A stretch of 64,000 nucleotides of DNA from Trichodelitschia bisporula (lineage: Eukaryota). Shown here one piece after another: positions 11,096 to 23,908 of the stretch. The position numbers and the translations under genes are program-made. The stretch's first letter is position 1; each line of letters opens with the position of its first letter. Under the pieces are notes generated by a model. The model was given only the letters and a program-made list of their open reading frames with translations. It was not told where the DNA came from and ran no database searches. The stretch covers positions 700,691-764,690 of the forward strand of contig ML996689.1 in the NCBI GenBank assembly GCA_010356995.1, read 5' to 3'.

Positions 11096-12676
11096 ATGTC
11101 ATCCCCCGCCCCCCTCATCCGCCCACCCATCCCAGGCTCCCGCAACACAACCCCCCGCGTCCCCCGCCTCGGCCTCGCCATCCCCCCCTCGCCCAACGCC
11201 CGACCCATAAACGACCAAGCCGCAGGCTCGGTCCCGCAACTCGGGCCAGCGCGCCCCGCCCTCCCCGCCCTCCGCCTCAAGACCCCGCTTGGCACTTTGC
11301 AAACACCCAGCGAGCTGCAAGGCGGGCCCGGCGGGCCGGCGCGCACGCAGCCGCGCCTGCCGCCGCTGCAGATCGGCGTGCTGGGCGGTGCGTCGGCGGT
11401 GAGCGGGAGCAGTGCGAATAGCGATGCGCACTCGCGCAGTGGCAGTTTTGGCGATCATGGTGGCGGCGGGTCGGTTAGTACGACGAGTAGTATGAGTGCG
11501 GCGCTGGGGTTTGCGAATCCGATTTCGGCGGGCAGTAATGCGAGTCCGTCGCTCGGGGGTTCGGCGATGGAGCGGGAGAATAGTATGAGTGCTTTGCCGG
11601 ATTTGAATAAGTTGCGCTTGGAGAAGGGGCGGGAGTTGGATGTGGAGGATTTGGATGATGCGGGGTGGAAGGCGGCGGGGATTCAGGGGAAGATTATTGA
11701 ACTGGGGAGTTTGGGCGAGGGAGCCGGGGGTGCGGTGACGAGGTGCATTCTTGAGGGGGGGAAGACGGTGTTTGCGCTCAAGGTATGTGGGGGCTCTTTT
11801 GGTTCCTTTGTGACAATGCTAATGATGACGTAGATCATCACCACCAACCCCGACCAAGCGGTCAAGAAGCAGATTGTACGCGAACTCAACTTCAACAAGA
11901 ACTGCGCCTCGGACCATATCTGCCGGTACTACGGCGCCTTTGACGACGACAGCACGGGCACGATCAGCATTGCGATGGAGCTGTGCGAAGGCGGGTCGCT
12001 CGACAGCGTGTACCGCGAGGTGCAAACGCTCGGCGGCCGGACGGGCGAGAAAGTGCTGGGCAAGGTGGCTGAGGGCGTGCTCAACGGCCTCACGTACCTG
12101 CACAAGCACCGCATCATCCATCGCGACATCAAGCCGTCCAACATCCTCCTCTGCCGCAACGGCCAGGTCAAGTTGTGCGACTTTGGCGTCAGTGGCGAGT
12201 TTGGGACTAAGGGCGATGCGAATACGTTCATTGGGACCAGCTACTACATGGCGCCGGAGCGGATTACGGGGCAGAGTTACACGATTACGAGCGATGTGTG
12301 GAGTCTCGGCGTGACGCTGCTTGAGGTTGCGCAACACCGGTTTCCGTTCCCGGCGGATGGGACGGAGATGCAGCCCCGTGCGGGTCTGATCGATCTCTTG
12401 ACGTATATTGTCCGACAACCGATTCCGAAGCTTAAGGATGAGCCGGAGAATGGGATTAAGTGGAGTGATAACTTTAAGTACTTCATTGAGTGCTGGTAGG
12501 TTTTTTTTTGGTTTTGGGGATGGGGCTGTGCTAATGGTGATGCTAGTTTGGAGAAGGATCCGCCTCGTCGTGCGACCCCGTGGCGTATGCTGGATCATCC
12601 GTGGATGGTGGAGATGAGGGCGAAGAAGGTTAATATGGCGCATTTTTTGAAGCAGGTTTGGGACTGGAAGGACTAG
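11096..12676 (+). CDS. MKK2: MAP kinase kinase of the cell-wall-integrity pathway (Mkk1/Mkk2/Pek1 type)
   Basis: Exons 11096-11782, 11834-12495, 12547-12676. Motifs [45 protein letters not shown]; ends KQVWDWKD*. Confidence 0.92.
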
Positions 12677-13290
12677 ATCTTGCTTTGGAATTGGAATGAG
12701 AGGGCGAGCAGCAAGAGAGCAGCAAGAGCAAGGTGGCGGTCCGCGAATCGCTGGAATTTTGGGGGGAGGACGGATAGCATCAGTCTTACGTGCGGCGGTT
12801 AGCGGCTGGTATTTGCGTGTATATGATGGACGAGGCGGGATGGGATCTGGATCTACGAGAAGCGGTGGTGGTTGGAGCGTGCACCGGAAGGGAAAGCGGG
12901 TGGGAATACCAGCCTGCAAGAAGCATCTGTGGGATTTGATATGGCGAGAGTGAAGAAGTTAGGGATTCATGAGCACTGCAACAGTTTCATTGCCTTTTTC
13001 GTGGGATGAGGTTGGGATGGGTTGGGAACCAGGGACGTGTTGGGATAGGATGGGATGGGGATTTGGGCGGTTTCATGTCTTTACTCCCGATGCTCGTCGT
13101 TCTCTCGCCCCTTTTTCGTCCACGTAACCGTTCCCCTTTCCCATCACACTGGAGGAATTAGGCCCCATTGCATTCCCGGCGTCCGGTAGTCACTAGTCAC
13201 GACAGAAGCAGGATAGGGGTAATGAACTCTTCATCAGCAACAGTCATACACTCTAACATACCCAACGCCCGCTCTACCTCAATATCAAAA

Positions 13291-15373
13291 TCACAACCGC
13301 ACCCGTCCCTCACCAGGCCGTCCAAACCAACTCCTCCAAGCCGGGCTCTCTTCCTCATCACCCCCCCTTCTCGCACCAGCACCCCTCGCCGTGTCTCCCC
13401 CACCAAACCACCCCGGCCCCTCCACGCCCTCGAACGTATTCCGCACCCGATGCGCGAAGTCGGCGAAGAAACCCTCCGGTTCCTCGTCCTCCACCACCGG
13501 CTGTCGTGCCCTCGGGCGCGCTTCTCGCGGAGCCGGCGCCTCACGGGCCGAACGGGGCTCGGGCGGTCCATCAACAGCGACCAACGGCTCGCGCTCCCCC
13601 CCCCTCGGGCGGGCAGGAACGCGGCTCAAACTCCCAGCAAGCCCCCTCGCCTCGCGCTCCACCAACGCGCGCCCCTCGCGCCACCCGCCCTCCTCCGGGT
13701 CCTGCTCGTCGATAACCACATCCCCGAACCCCACCCAACCACCGACTTTCCTGTACAACCCGGCATAGGCCGCAATAACCGGCAGGAGGATGAGGGCGGG
13801 GAACCAGCGATCAAACCCCTCCCCAAGATGCGTCAAGTCTATCAGTCGGCCGAGAAACCCGTAGAACACGCTCGCGCGAAATACCGTCGGCGGAACGAAA
13901 CCCCCGAAATTATACGCCAACGGCACACTCAACCGCGCCACATAACTCGCGTACCACGCCGCGCTTTCCGCGTATGTAGCCCGGCGGACGAGCGCGCGGT
14001 TGCCCCATACTTTTACGCTGGAGATGGAGAAGAGCGCGCAGGTGAACATATACCCCAACCATAAGGAAGCGATGACTTGGCCCGCGAAGCCGATTTGCCC
14101 CCTGCTGGAGGAGGGGTGGTGTACGATTGTCAGCCCGACGAGGGAGAGTTTGGGGGCTAGGGGTTTTGTGGTTTCGGACCAGAGGATGCAGGCAGACGCC
14201 AAAGCACACATCCCGGCGCCGGCGTAATAGAGCGCAGGGAGGACATGGGTGTAAAGATGGAAGCGGGCGCGGGGATTGAGCAGCACCGCCCGATCCAGAA
14301 ATCCAGCGTACGGCGACGGGCCCGCGAACGTGAGTTTCTGGGTGCTCGCGGCGTCGAGAGTGGTCTGTGTGCGCACGGCCGCGTCGACGAGATGTGTCCA
14401 CTCGCTCGCATACCGCGTCTTCTTATGCCTTGCGCGCTTCAGCCGCCGCGTCAAGTCCGCAAGATACCGCTCCGTGATCACAGGCGGCGGGGCCGTGACC
14501 GCGCGGGGCAGGACGGCGGCGGCGGAGGGCGGGAGGCGCGCATCTGGCAGGGAGCGGCACATGTCGTCCAGCTCGTCGATCCAGTCCTTGAATGCGAGTG
14601 CGCTGCCTTGTTTCCTCAACTTCAGCTGCGCGACGGCTTGCTCGTACCCATCCAGCTCGTCCGCGGCGTCCATGAGGCTATCATGTATCTTCGGCGCTGC
14701 GATGTACAGACCCCTGAGCCGGCGCGCTGGGGAAGCGGTGGCGTACAGCCGGCGGGGGAGCGCGACGAGCCCGTGCCCCATGAGGAAGACGGCGAGGATG
14801 AGACCCCAGGCGTAGGCTAGGGCCATGATTAGGGCTTTTAGGGACTCGAAGTGGAAGCCTTGGGTTAGGAAGAAGTAGACTGCGCCGAGGGAGGCGAGGG
14901 TCAGGACGGTGAGTTGGTAGCGCGCGTTGGATTGGAGGGCGTCGAGGAGGCGGTCCTTGGGGTCGCGGTAGCCGGAGTCGGAGTATGAGCCTAGGAGGGG
15001 GAGGACGATCCTAGGAGTGTTAGGGACGGAGGTTAGGGACGTAGGTTGGGGACGGAAAGGGAATGCTAGATCTTGCGTACCATGTCAAGACAAACGTGAG
15101 CCAGTATGAGATTCGCCATCCCACGAGTAGCGCGCGGCCAGGCAGCCAGATGCCCCTCGCGACGCCGGTCTCTGAGCTGGCATTTGAGGCGAGGTCGATG
15201 GGGACGAGGAGGATGATGGTCGCTGGTATGGCGAGGGCTAGGAACACGGGGACGAGGAGGTATGCGGGTGTGGTGCGCAGCGGGAGGTAGTACCGGAGGA
15301 GGAGGAGGACGATGGCGGCGATGAAGGTGATGGCGAGGGCGACGAAGATGGACGATCCAACGGGCGCCGCCAT
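13291..15373 (-). CDS. LMBR1-family multi-pass membrane protein
   Basis: First exon MAAPVGSSIF...LLVPIDLAS...WRISYWLTFVLTW, an intron at ~15011-15080, then a long exon with ALAYAWGLILAVFLMGHGLVALPR and RLSVPLAYNF. Confidence 0.85.
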
Positions 15374-15897
15374 GGTTCCCTGCATCTATCGTGTCATGGA
15401 TGGGGAGTGTGGTTGCGGTATCCTGCTTAGCAACAATCTAGGTACCCGGACCAAGATCCAGAGATTAGAAATCGGCCGTTACAGTGCGTGTGTCTTGATG
15501 ATATGAAGTTGTTGGCGTTGAGTATTTGACACAGGCCTCACCCAAGCCGAATCCGCTCCGCATCCCGGCCACCCCGGAGCTTAGTAACGGTGTATTGCCG
15601 CTCACGGGCGCAAAGCGCAAAGAATGATTGCATCATCGGACCGGGCAGCTCTATCCTCTTCCACCCTTTCGGAGCGGCCCGCCGAAAGCGACTTCCTACC
15701 GTAAGCAAAAAAAAAAGGTCCCTAGTCTCGACTCCTACCCCAGTGACGCTATTGACAAATCCATAGTAACACTGACGCCATATATACCCCTCAAGAGCCC
15801 CTCATACCCCTTCCGCTTAGCATCGCATCCGAAAAACACCGCCAAAATTTCCTTCTTACGCCGCTTTCTCTTTACTGGACCGACCATCCCTAACAGT

Positions 15898-16308
15898 ATG
15901 TCTGCCGCAAAGACCAAGGCCCAGGGCATCATTGACGCCAACCCCGTCGGTACGTACGCTGTTGACTTCGGCTGTGGGCGGCGCTAACGAACGCAGCTGT
16001 CTTCTCCAAGTCCTACTGCCCCTACTGCCGTGCCACGAAGCAGACGCTCAGCGAGTTGGGCGCGAAGTTCTACACCATTGAGTTGGACCAAGTTGGTACG
16101 TCGCGCATTCCGAGAACATATGGTGGTACATGAGGCTAATCAGCGCGTAGACGATGGTGCCGCCATCCAGGACGCCCTCGAGGAAATGACGGGCCAGCGC
16201 TCTGTCCCCAACATCTTCATTGACCAGAAGCACATTGGCGGCAACTCGGACTTGCAGGCTAAGAAGGCGCAGCTCCCGGAGCTGCTCAAGGAGGCCAACG
16301 CCATCTAG
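15898..16308 (+). CDS. grx1: Dithiol glutaredoxin (CPYC)
   Basis: Three exons (introns ~15950-15996 and ~16096-16150) give VFSKSYCPYC...GQRSVPNIFIDQKHIGGNSDL. TATATA near 15781. Confidence 0.95.
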
Positions 16309-19300
16309 ATCGGATGAGCAGGGAGTGTACGGGATGGGTATCATAGGAGAATTGAAGCGTAGGAATGATAAACGTTAGGAATTGGACTTTGCCCACGGCA
16401 TGCTTCGGTGTCGTTGGTATGAGCGGACCGATGACGAGATGTACTGGCCGAAAACGGCCCGCATTGCTTGAGGGGACAATGCCGTGAGATACGATGAAAC
16501 CGTTCGGTCCGTCATAGTCGTCTCAAGTAATCCGAGCGCCAAGTTCGATATTCCGACGGGTCCAGTCTGACGCTGCTCGAACCCATTCATTTATCGCGAA
16601 CCCATCTCCCGCCATCCCAACACATGCACTGGCTTAAGATCAGCACGTAGGTGCATCTTCTAGAAGCTATGGGCAGCAAGCCCTCACGCAGGGCCTATGA
16701 CGTCGATACCTCCAAATATACGATGCCGCCGTTGCATGAGAGCACCGACCACCAACCCGCACCTCATATCGACAAGGCGACGGCACTCTATCCGCATCCC
16801 AAGCAGCCTTGACGCCGGAGACAAGACCGATGACGCACACGGAGTGATAAGTTGACAGCGTCACCAGCACTTCGAAATCCACACGACGCTAACATCCACG
16901 ACCGGAACATGCCCCATCCGACTGAAATTCCAGTTCCTCGTCCCGCGGGACTTGTCTCGCGCAAATGACTGATCGCTGGCGGCAGCCTGACTATTTACCA
17001 TCAAATGTAGGCAGCGGGCTGAGTAAAGGTACTAATTTATAGGTCCCCGCTGAACACACTTCATTGGCCGTACACTTCTGGGGATAAGCCTCACCCGCTA
17101 TCTCGTATCCACGCCCTGAGGCTCGCGGCCTCGTTCCTCGTACCCGTATATGCCAGGTCCCCGCCGGCAAACTTAGAACGTGTCTCAGTCCCACAATTAC
17201 CGTAGAACGACGACAAACGCCGCCATACTTACAAGTCCCAAACCGCATCCACCGGGACCATCTCAGCGAGTACATAAATCTTGACCAACTCCATCCCGCC
17301 CTGATGTAAGCTGACCGCATCCTCCTCAAACACACCTACCAAGCAGAGCGCGCTGCTCCGCCCCCTCAAGGCCCGCGGCCAAGACACCCGCCCGTCTCAG
17401 CCTCCGTGTCACTGCGCTTGAGCGCAAGGGCGCCGGGAATATCCCAACCGCCGCGATGCCGACGGGCAAGAGCCGACGGCCGAGCGGAGGAGAAAGACTT
17501 CACTTGGTCTGCTTGCTCTTCTTGCTCTGCGTGCTCTGCTTGTTGTGAAAGGACGAATGCAGATGCAAAGAAACCAGCGTGCTGGCAAGCGCGGTGTGGC
17601 CGCGCGGTCGACTGCCCGGCTACTACGTACGGTACGTGATAAGTGGTTGGTAGGCGATGGCTCGGCGCACCACGGAGGGCTGGGTGCGGAATGTGTGATC
17701 TGCGGGGGAGGGGAATGCGGCTTGCGACTGCGAGGCTTCGTGGTCTGGGGAATGGGCGGACGCGTCATCGCCTAGGTACTGGTACAGTAGGAGAGCGAGA
17801 CGACCGAACGGGTCTTGGGATGTCGTGGTGGAGATGCGGTTAAGAATGCCAATCGCACGGGGTAGGATAGGCGCGATCAGTGCGAGGGGAGAGGGACGAT
17901 GCGAAGCCGCCTCGTCATTACCAAAGGGACGATCGCGCCATTGAAGTTTGCGAACAAGTTAACCTTCATATCCTTGGTGATCGGGTTCAGTACTTTCGGC
18001 CCGTTGTGGGTCGGCCGAGCACGCCAGCCGGGAAAGCTACGCAGTGGTGTCCGCGGCCTAATCCAACAACGCACACAGCTCAGCGTCGTCGTCGGCATCA
18101 TCTTCAGCACAGAAACACGTCTCCCGCAACAACAGCAACTCCGCCTCCCGCTGACAAAACTCCGCGGGAAACGCACCGCTTTAACATCCCATCTGCCCGC
18201 GGCACCCCTCCGGCGTCCGGCGCCCGTCGATCACACAGAAGTCCGCGGGGCGTGGTCCGCCGAGCAGCCCGCGATTTTTCTTGTCAGCCATGGCAACGCC
18301 TTTGCCGCAGCGATGGCGGCGGGGACGCGTGGACTTTGTGAAACGCATGAGACTTGTGCTGCATATCCTGCGTTGCCAGGATGGCGTCGAGGTAACATCA
18401 TGGCGGGACAACCTCTTGCTGCAGAGGACTGCGGGGTTGGGTGGTGATGGAGGGGAGGCGGGTGAGTGGGTGTAGTGCGAACTGCGAGGAATGCTTAACG
18501 GGGGTAGCCTTTCTCTTTTCTTTCTTTGCGTTGTGGACGTCGCAAGGACAAGTGTCGGAGGATGAAGGTATCGAGGCTCGCTCTGAAATGGGCTCGTGGT
18601 CATTGGCTGGAGCGTGGAGATAAGGCTGTCAGGTCTCGGTCTTGGATGCGCCAATCGTCCCAAGTCGGGCTTGGACGGTACTACGCGGTACACAGCCCCC
18701 ACGGTTCGCACCCCCCACCTCCCCCCTCCCCAAACCCGAACGCCGAATACCTCGATCAAAGCCAGAAGATGATGTACAAGCCCGCAACCGAGTCCACAAA
18801 CCCACGCCCTGAAGACAAACCACCCTGCTGGTTGGTGGGTGCGAAATCGTCATTGTGAATCCATCTCTCGCGATGTACGGATGTATTCCCCGCCCGTCCT
18901 CCTAGTACCACCCTCGCTTGCAATCAGTATTATGCCTAGAGAGTTGGAGCTAGTCACTGCAACCTTCCCCCCCACCAACAATCGACACTTCACAACCATC
19001 ACCAACCCACCAGGCCGCGTGTGCACGCATCACCATGAGTCCTCCAGCCCGCCTACGGTAGGTAGCTCCACCCCAACCGGACCATCCCGCGGCGCGCGCC
19101 GAGCACTCCAAGCAGCCCGGCTCCCCACCCTTAGCGCATCGTCGCCAAAAAAAACCACAGGCCCTGAAAGACCGCTCCAACGTACGTCGTAACACCGAGA
19201 ATGCGCAGCAGGGCCGAAAGGCACTGCGTCAAGGCCGCCGCACATTGGCCGTTTGATCCCCTCGGAGACCCGCTGAGGCTGGGGAGTGAGTGCTGGGCGA

Positions 19301-19882
19301 GTGCTTGCTCGTGCATCGAGAGCTGTGTGTTGCTGGGTACGCTGTGTTTCTTGCGTGGGGCCTGAGGTCCGCGCTTGGGAGGCCTGTATTGCATGCGCCC
19401 CTCCGGCGGGAGCTCAGTATCTGTCGCTCACTGACTTGACGCTCCGTTACCCCCGCTATGGGCTTGCGCATCGCTGCTGGGCGCCGGCCTGCCCAGCGGG
19501 CTGCATGGTGGGCGGAGGCGCTGCCGTGCTATACTTAAATCTGTTCACCCCTGTCGCCCCAAGCCCCCCTAGTTGTCAGCCGTGTTCGTTGACCTGCGCA
19601 ACCACGACTTTCACCCAGCCCCTAGCTGTGGTATATCATTGCGGTCTGCACCCCCTACCGCACCCAGATATACATAAGCCTTCCCTCGTCCTTTTAATCA
19701 AGGGTTTCTGGCCTTACGGTGGCTGTTCGACTTTCTTACATATTGTCCTTTGTTAGCCTTTGTTATCGAGGACCTTTAAGAGGGACGCTTTCAGCCTCGA
19801 CATCCCGCATTCCCCTTTCTCGTGCGGCTGAACCCTCGACATTCCCTCCGAGTCGACTCCCTGAGCACAACCATAATCCACG

Positions 19883-21492
19883 ATGCGATCCACAGCAGCC
19901 GCAGCCCTTCTGGGCCTTGGTAAGAACGCGTCGGATTATCGTGAATGAGCCCTAATGCAAGCTTAGGCTCGGTGGCATATGCCCAGAGCGCGCCCGTCGT
20001 AACACAAAAATCGGGCTCCATCAGCTACAGCTTCAACGTGCCGGATGCAACCACATCGTCAAGCGGCGACATTCTCTTCCAAATCAAGGGCCCGTCCAAT
20101 CTCGGATGGATCGCCCTCGGCCAGGGCAGCGGCATGAGCGGCGCTCAAATCTTCGTGATCTATACGTCCGCCGACGGCAAGAACGTGACACTCTCACCGC
20201 GCCTTGGTAGCGGCCACAACACGCCTTCGTATAACTCCAAGGCCCAAGTGACCCTTCTCGAGGGATCCGGAATCGTTGGTAGCGATATGATCGCGAATGT
20301 CCGGTGTATGTAGCCTCAAATGCTCAACCCTGATTCGAAACTAACGGCAGCAGGCTCAAGCTGTGCTTCCTGGAGCGGCGGGAGCATGGACCTGACGAGT
20401 GCGAGCAGCGGCTGGATCCACGCCTCACACAGTGGTCCGGCTCTGAACGACGACAGCCCGTCAGCGGGTATCAGCCAGCACGATCAGTCGTACGGAACGA
20501 TGAAGGTGGACCTGAGCAAGGCGAAGGGTGGCAGCGGTGATGCAAATGTGTTCAGCACCTCAACTTCGTCTTCTGGCACTTCTGGCACTTCTGGATCGGG
20601 CACCGGCTGCGGCTCGAAGACCACCGATACGTCGAGCAGTGATGACAGCTCAGCGAGCAGCACTTCCGCCGGCCCTCCTTTCGGTTTCCCCTTTGGTGGT
20701 TCGGCTCCGACGGGCACTGGGCGGCCGTACGCCCGGCCGTTCTCGAAGCGCAAGGACATCGGTGATGATGACAATTCCTGCACGGACGATGGTGGCAACA
20801 ACAGCAGCACCGGCAACCTGAACTCTTTCAGTTCGTTCAACATCAGCAGGCGCGAGAAGATGATTACAGCCCATGCCGTTCTCGCCTGCCTCGCGTTTGC
20901 GCTCTTCTTCCCGTTCGGTGGCATCGCCATTCGCCTGTTCTCGTTCCCGGGCGTCGTTCGGTTCCACGCGCTGTTCCAGGTCTTCGCGTACATCACCTAC
21001 ATTGTTGCGTTCGGTCTCGGCATCAACATCGCCAACCAGCTGGACTATGTGAGTATTTGGAGGCCCTACCTGCCTGAACATCGCTGACATATTTCGCAGC
21101 TGAACAAGGCGCATCCCATCATCGGCATCGTCCTCTTCATCGCACTCATCTTCCAGCCCATCCTCGGCTTCCTGCACCACTCCAACTTCCAGAAGTACCA
21201 AACCCGCACTGCGGTGTCATACGGCCATCTCTGGCTCGGCCGTATCGCCATCACCCTTGGTATTGTCAACGGCGGGCTGGGTCTGCAGCTGGCGGACGAG
21301 AAGAAGGGACCTTCCGTTGCGTACGCCATTCTCGCTGCCATCGTCTGGGTCGCCTACGTGGCGTCGATCTTGATTGGCGAGCGGAAGCGCGCCCGCAACA
21401 TGCCGCCCAAATACGCCGAGGCCGTGACGAGCTCACACTCGAACGCGCCTCGTCCTGGGGCTGGGCAGCAGGAGTACTACGCCCGGCAGTAG
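19883..21492 (+). CDS. Membrane protein with signal peptide, CDH-cytochrome/DOMON-like (iron reductase) domain and cytochrome b561 domain
   Basis: Exons 19883-19919, 19967-20304, ~20353-21048, 21100-21492. Contains GWIALGQGSGMSGAQIFVIY, VTLSPRLGSGH and QHD, a Ser/Thr linker, then TM helices with His residues (AHAVLA, FHALFQ, HPIIG, GHLWLGR). Confidence 0.85.
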
Positions 21493-22134
21493 ATGTTCGA
21501 GTCGTGAGGTTTAGCGGTCCTTTTTGCGTGTACAGGCATTCTGGCGTTAGATGAGTAGAGGAAATGGGCAGGAAACGACTGAGGGTGCAACGATAGCGTG
21601 GACATAAAGTTTGCAGGAAGGCTCCTCGAGGCCAGAGATTTGTGTGTTTTGGGAGGGTAGGCGCAGTTTGAGATATTGTCCCAGTGACTCTTAGGTTAAT
21701 CCGAAAATTCGATGATGATATATGTCAGGCAATTTTGGCAATCGTGAATGATGCTATGTCAGATGAAACATATGTTGATTATCAAGTTGTCAAGTTCCTC
21801 GTGCTCAAGAGTGTAGTTGCAGGGTGTGGTGATGGAGGTGGTTGTTCGTGAGGTCTTGGGTGGTTCTTGGTGGTCGGCAACCAGAACATAAATCCGACCC
21901 CGAACCCGTCTTAGTAAAGTGCCTCGCGCCTTTCCGACTAGGTAACAGCAAAGTGTCCATGATCGCCAGCGTCTCAAAGTTGACATCAAACACCAAGCGG
22001 ACCTTTATCCATCTCTCCCGTGATTGTACACCGCAACATTTTTCACCTTCTCACGCCCACTCACGACGCCTCCTTCTCCCAAGCAAAGCAGCTAGCACGT
22101 ACGCAAGCGCCCAGTGGCCCGACACCCCGCAAAC

Positions 22135-23232
22135 ATGGGAGAGTCAAGGTAACCTAAACCTTTTCCACACACCCCAGGCTGCATCGTCCCCGACAACAAA
22201 CAATAACCACCATAATCTGCACATGCTAACATGGCGGCCTACGGTAGACAAGAGCTCCTCGCATGGCTCAACAACCTCCTGCAATTGAACATCACCAAGA
22301 TCGAGCAATGCGGTACAGGGTACGCCTTTTCCACACCCATCACACTTCGACCTTACCTGGCGGGGTAAACGGTGATGAAGACAAGCCCGGCTGACGATCC
22401 TGCAGAGCGGCACTATGCCAGGTGTTTGACAGCATATTCTGTAAGTATCGGAGATGTATGTGGATGTATACTGTAGATGGCTGACAGGCGCGTAGTGGAC
22501 GTTCCCATGTCGAGAGTCAAGTTCAACGTCAACACCGAGTATGCATACATCCAGAACTTCAAGATCTTGCAGAGTACGCTGCCCACCCGACACCTCTCCG
22601 TATCCGTGTACACATTTCGCTAATCCCCACCGTAGACACCTTCACGCGCCACCACATCGAGAAGAATGTCCCCGTAGAGGCGCTGGTCAAGTGCAAGATG
22701 CAGGACAACCTCGAGTTCCTGCAGTGGAGCAAACGCTACTGGGATCAGCACTTCCCTGGCGACGAGTACGATGCCATCGGCCGGCGCAAGGCAGCCGGCG
22801 GCCCCGGTGCTGCTAGCGCACCTGCTCCTCGCGCGCCCTCGGCCTCGACAGGCGGTGCTCGTCGCAATGCACCGGCCGTAGCACCCCGCACTCGTACACC
22901 TAACACCGGAGCCGCCAGTGCCGTGCTACAGCAGGAGAACAATGCTCTCAAAGAGACGGTTGTGGGCCTCGAACGGGAGCGTGACTTCTACTTCAGCAAG
23001 CTGCGCGATATCGAGCTGCTGATCCAGCAAGCCATGGAGGCGGATCCGACCCTCGAGGCGGACGATGACAGTCTTCTCAAGCGCATCCAAGCTATCTTGT
23101 ACTCGACTGAGGTGAGTTGCGACATGCCGTGAGCGGTTGCTTTCGGAAGATCAGCATCTGACATCCTCTCAGGAAGGGTTCGAGATTCCGGCCGAGGGTG
23201 AAGAGGGGGCGGTCGAGGAGGAGACTTTCTAG
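22135..23232 (+). CDS. BIM1: EB1/Bim1 microtubule plus-end binding protein
   Basis: Spliced MGESRQELLAWLNNLLQLNITKIEQCGTG, KCKMQDNLEFLQW, LERERDFYFSKLRDIE; acidic EEETF* tail. Confidence 0.95.
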
Positions 23233-23908
23233 ACTATCTGGCAAATCACACTGCAGCGGGTCCGGTAATGGTGAATGGCTTCTTGGGGTGAGGCGCCAGG
23301 TCATGTATGGGGTCGTATACCCAGGTACACAGCATGTACTTTGAAGGATGCAATGATGGTGGATATGGGCTGAGGGAAAGGAAAACGTCTTGCACGGTTT
23401 CCGGGTAGATCGGCGGCTTAGTCTTAAAATGCGCCCATGGAATGGAATAAAGGCATTTTGTTCACATTGTTGAAGCGCCACTGAGTGATAGGTACTTCGT
23501 GCAACAAAAAGCCGGGCAGGTGAGTGCCCACTCACGATGTCATAAGGTGGCTTGTGCTCGGCACGCGCCCACCTCCGCCCTCCGCCTTCACTCTCACTCC
23601 GCTTCCCCGACTCCACCCTCTCTGCGGTACTTGAGAACTCCGAAGACACGCGCCCTACTGCTTCTTATTTGCTCTGAGTCTTTCTTCTGGGCCCTCACTT
23701 CCTCTTGACGTCTCAGCCTCCACATCGAGCCGCCACTCAACAGCCATTCCATACCTCACGCGGCGACGCCAAAGCTTCCCCACGTCATTCCCCCAGGCAA
23801 CCGTCATCGATAAAGAGTCGTCAATGCCTTCAACATTCTGAGGAGTCTCATTAATCGCCGTGTCTGGAAGCTAGCGTTATACTTGGAATCGTCTGCACCA
23901 CCGCCACA

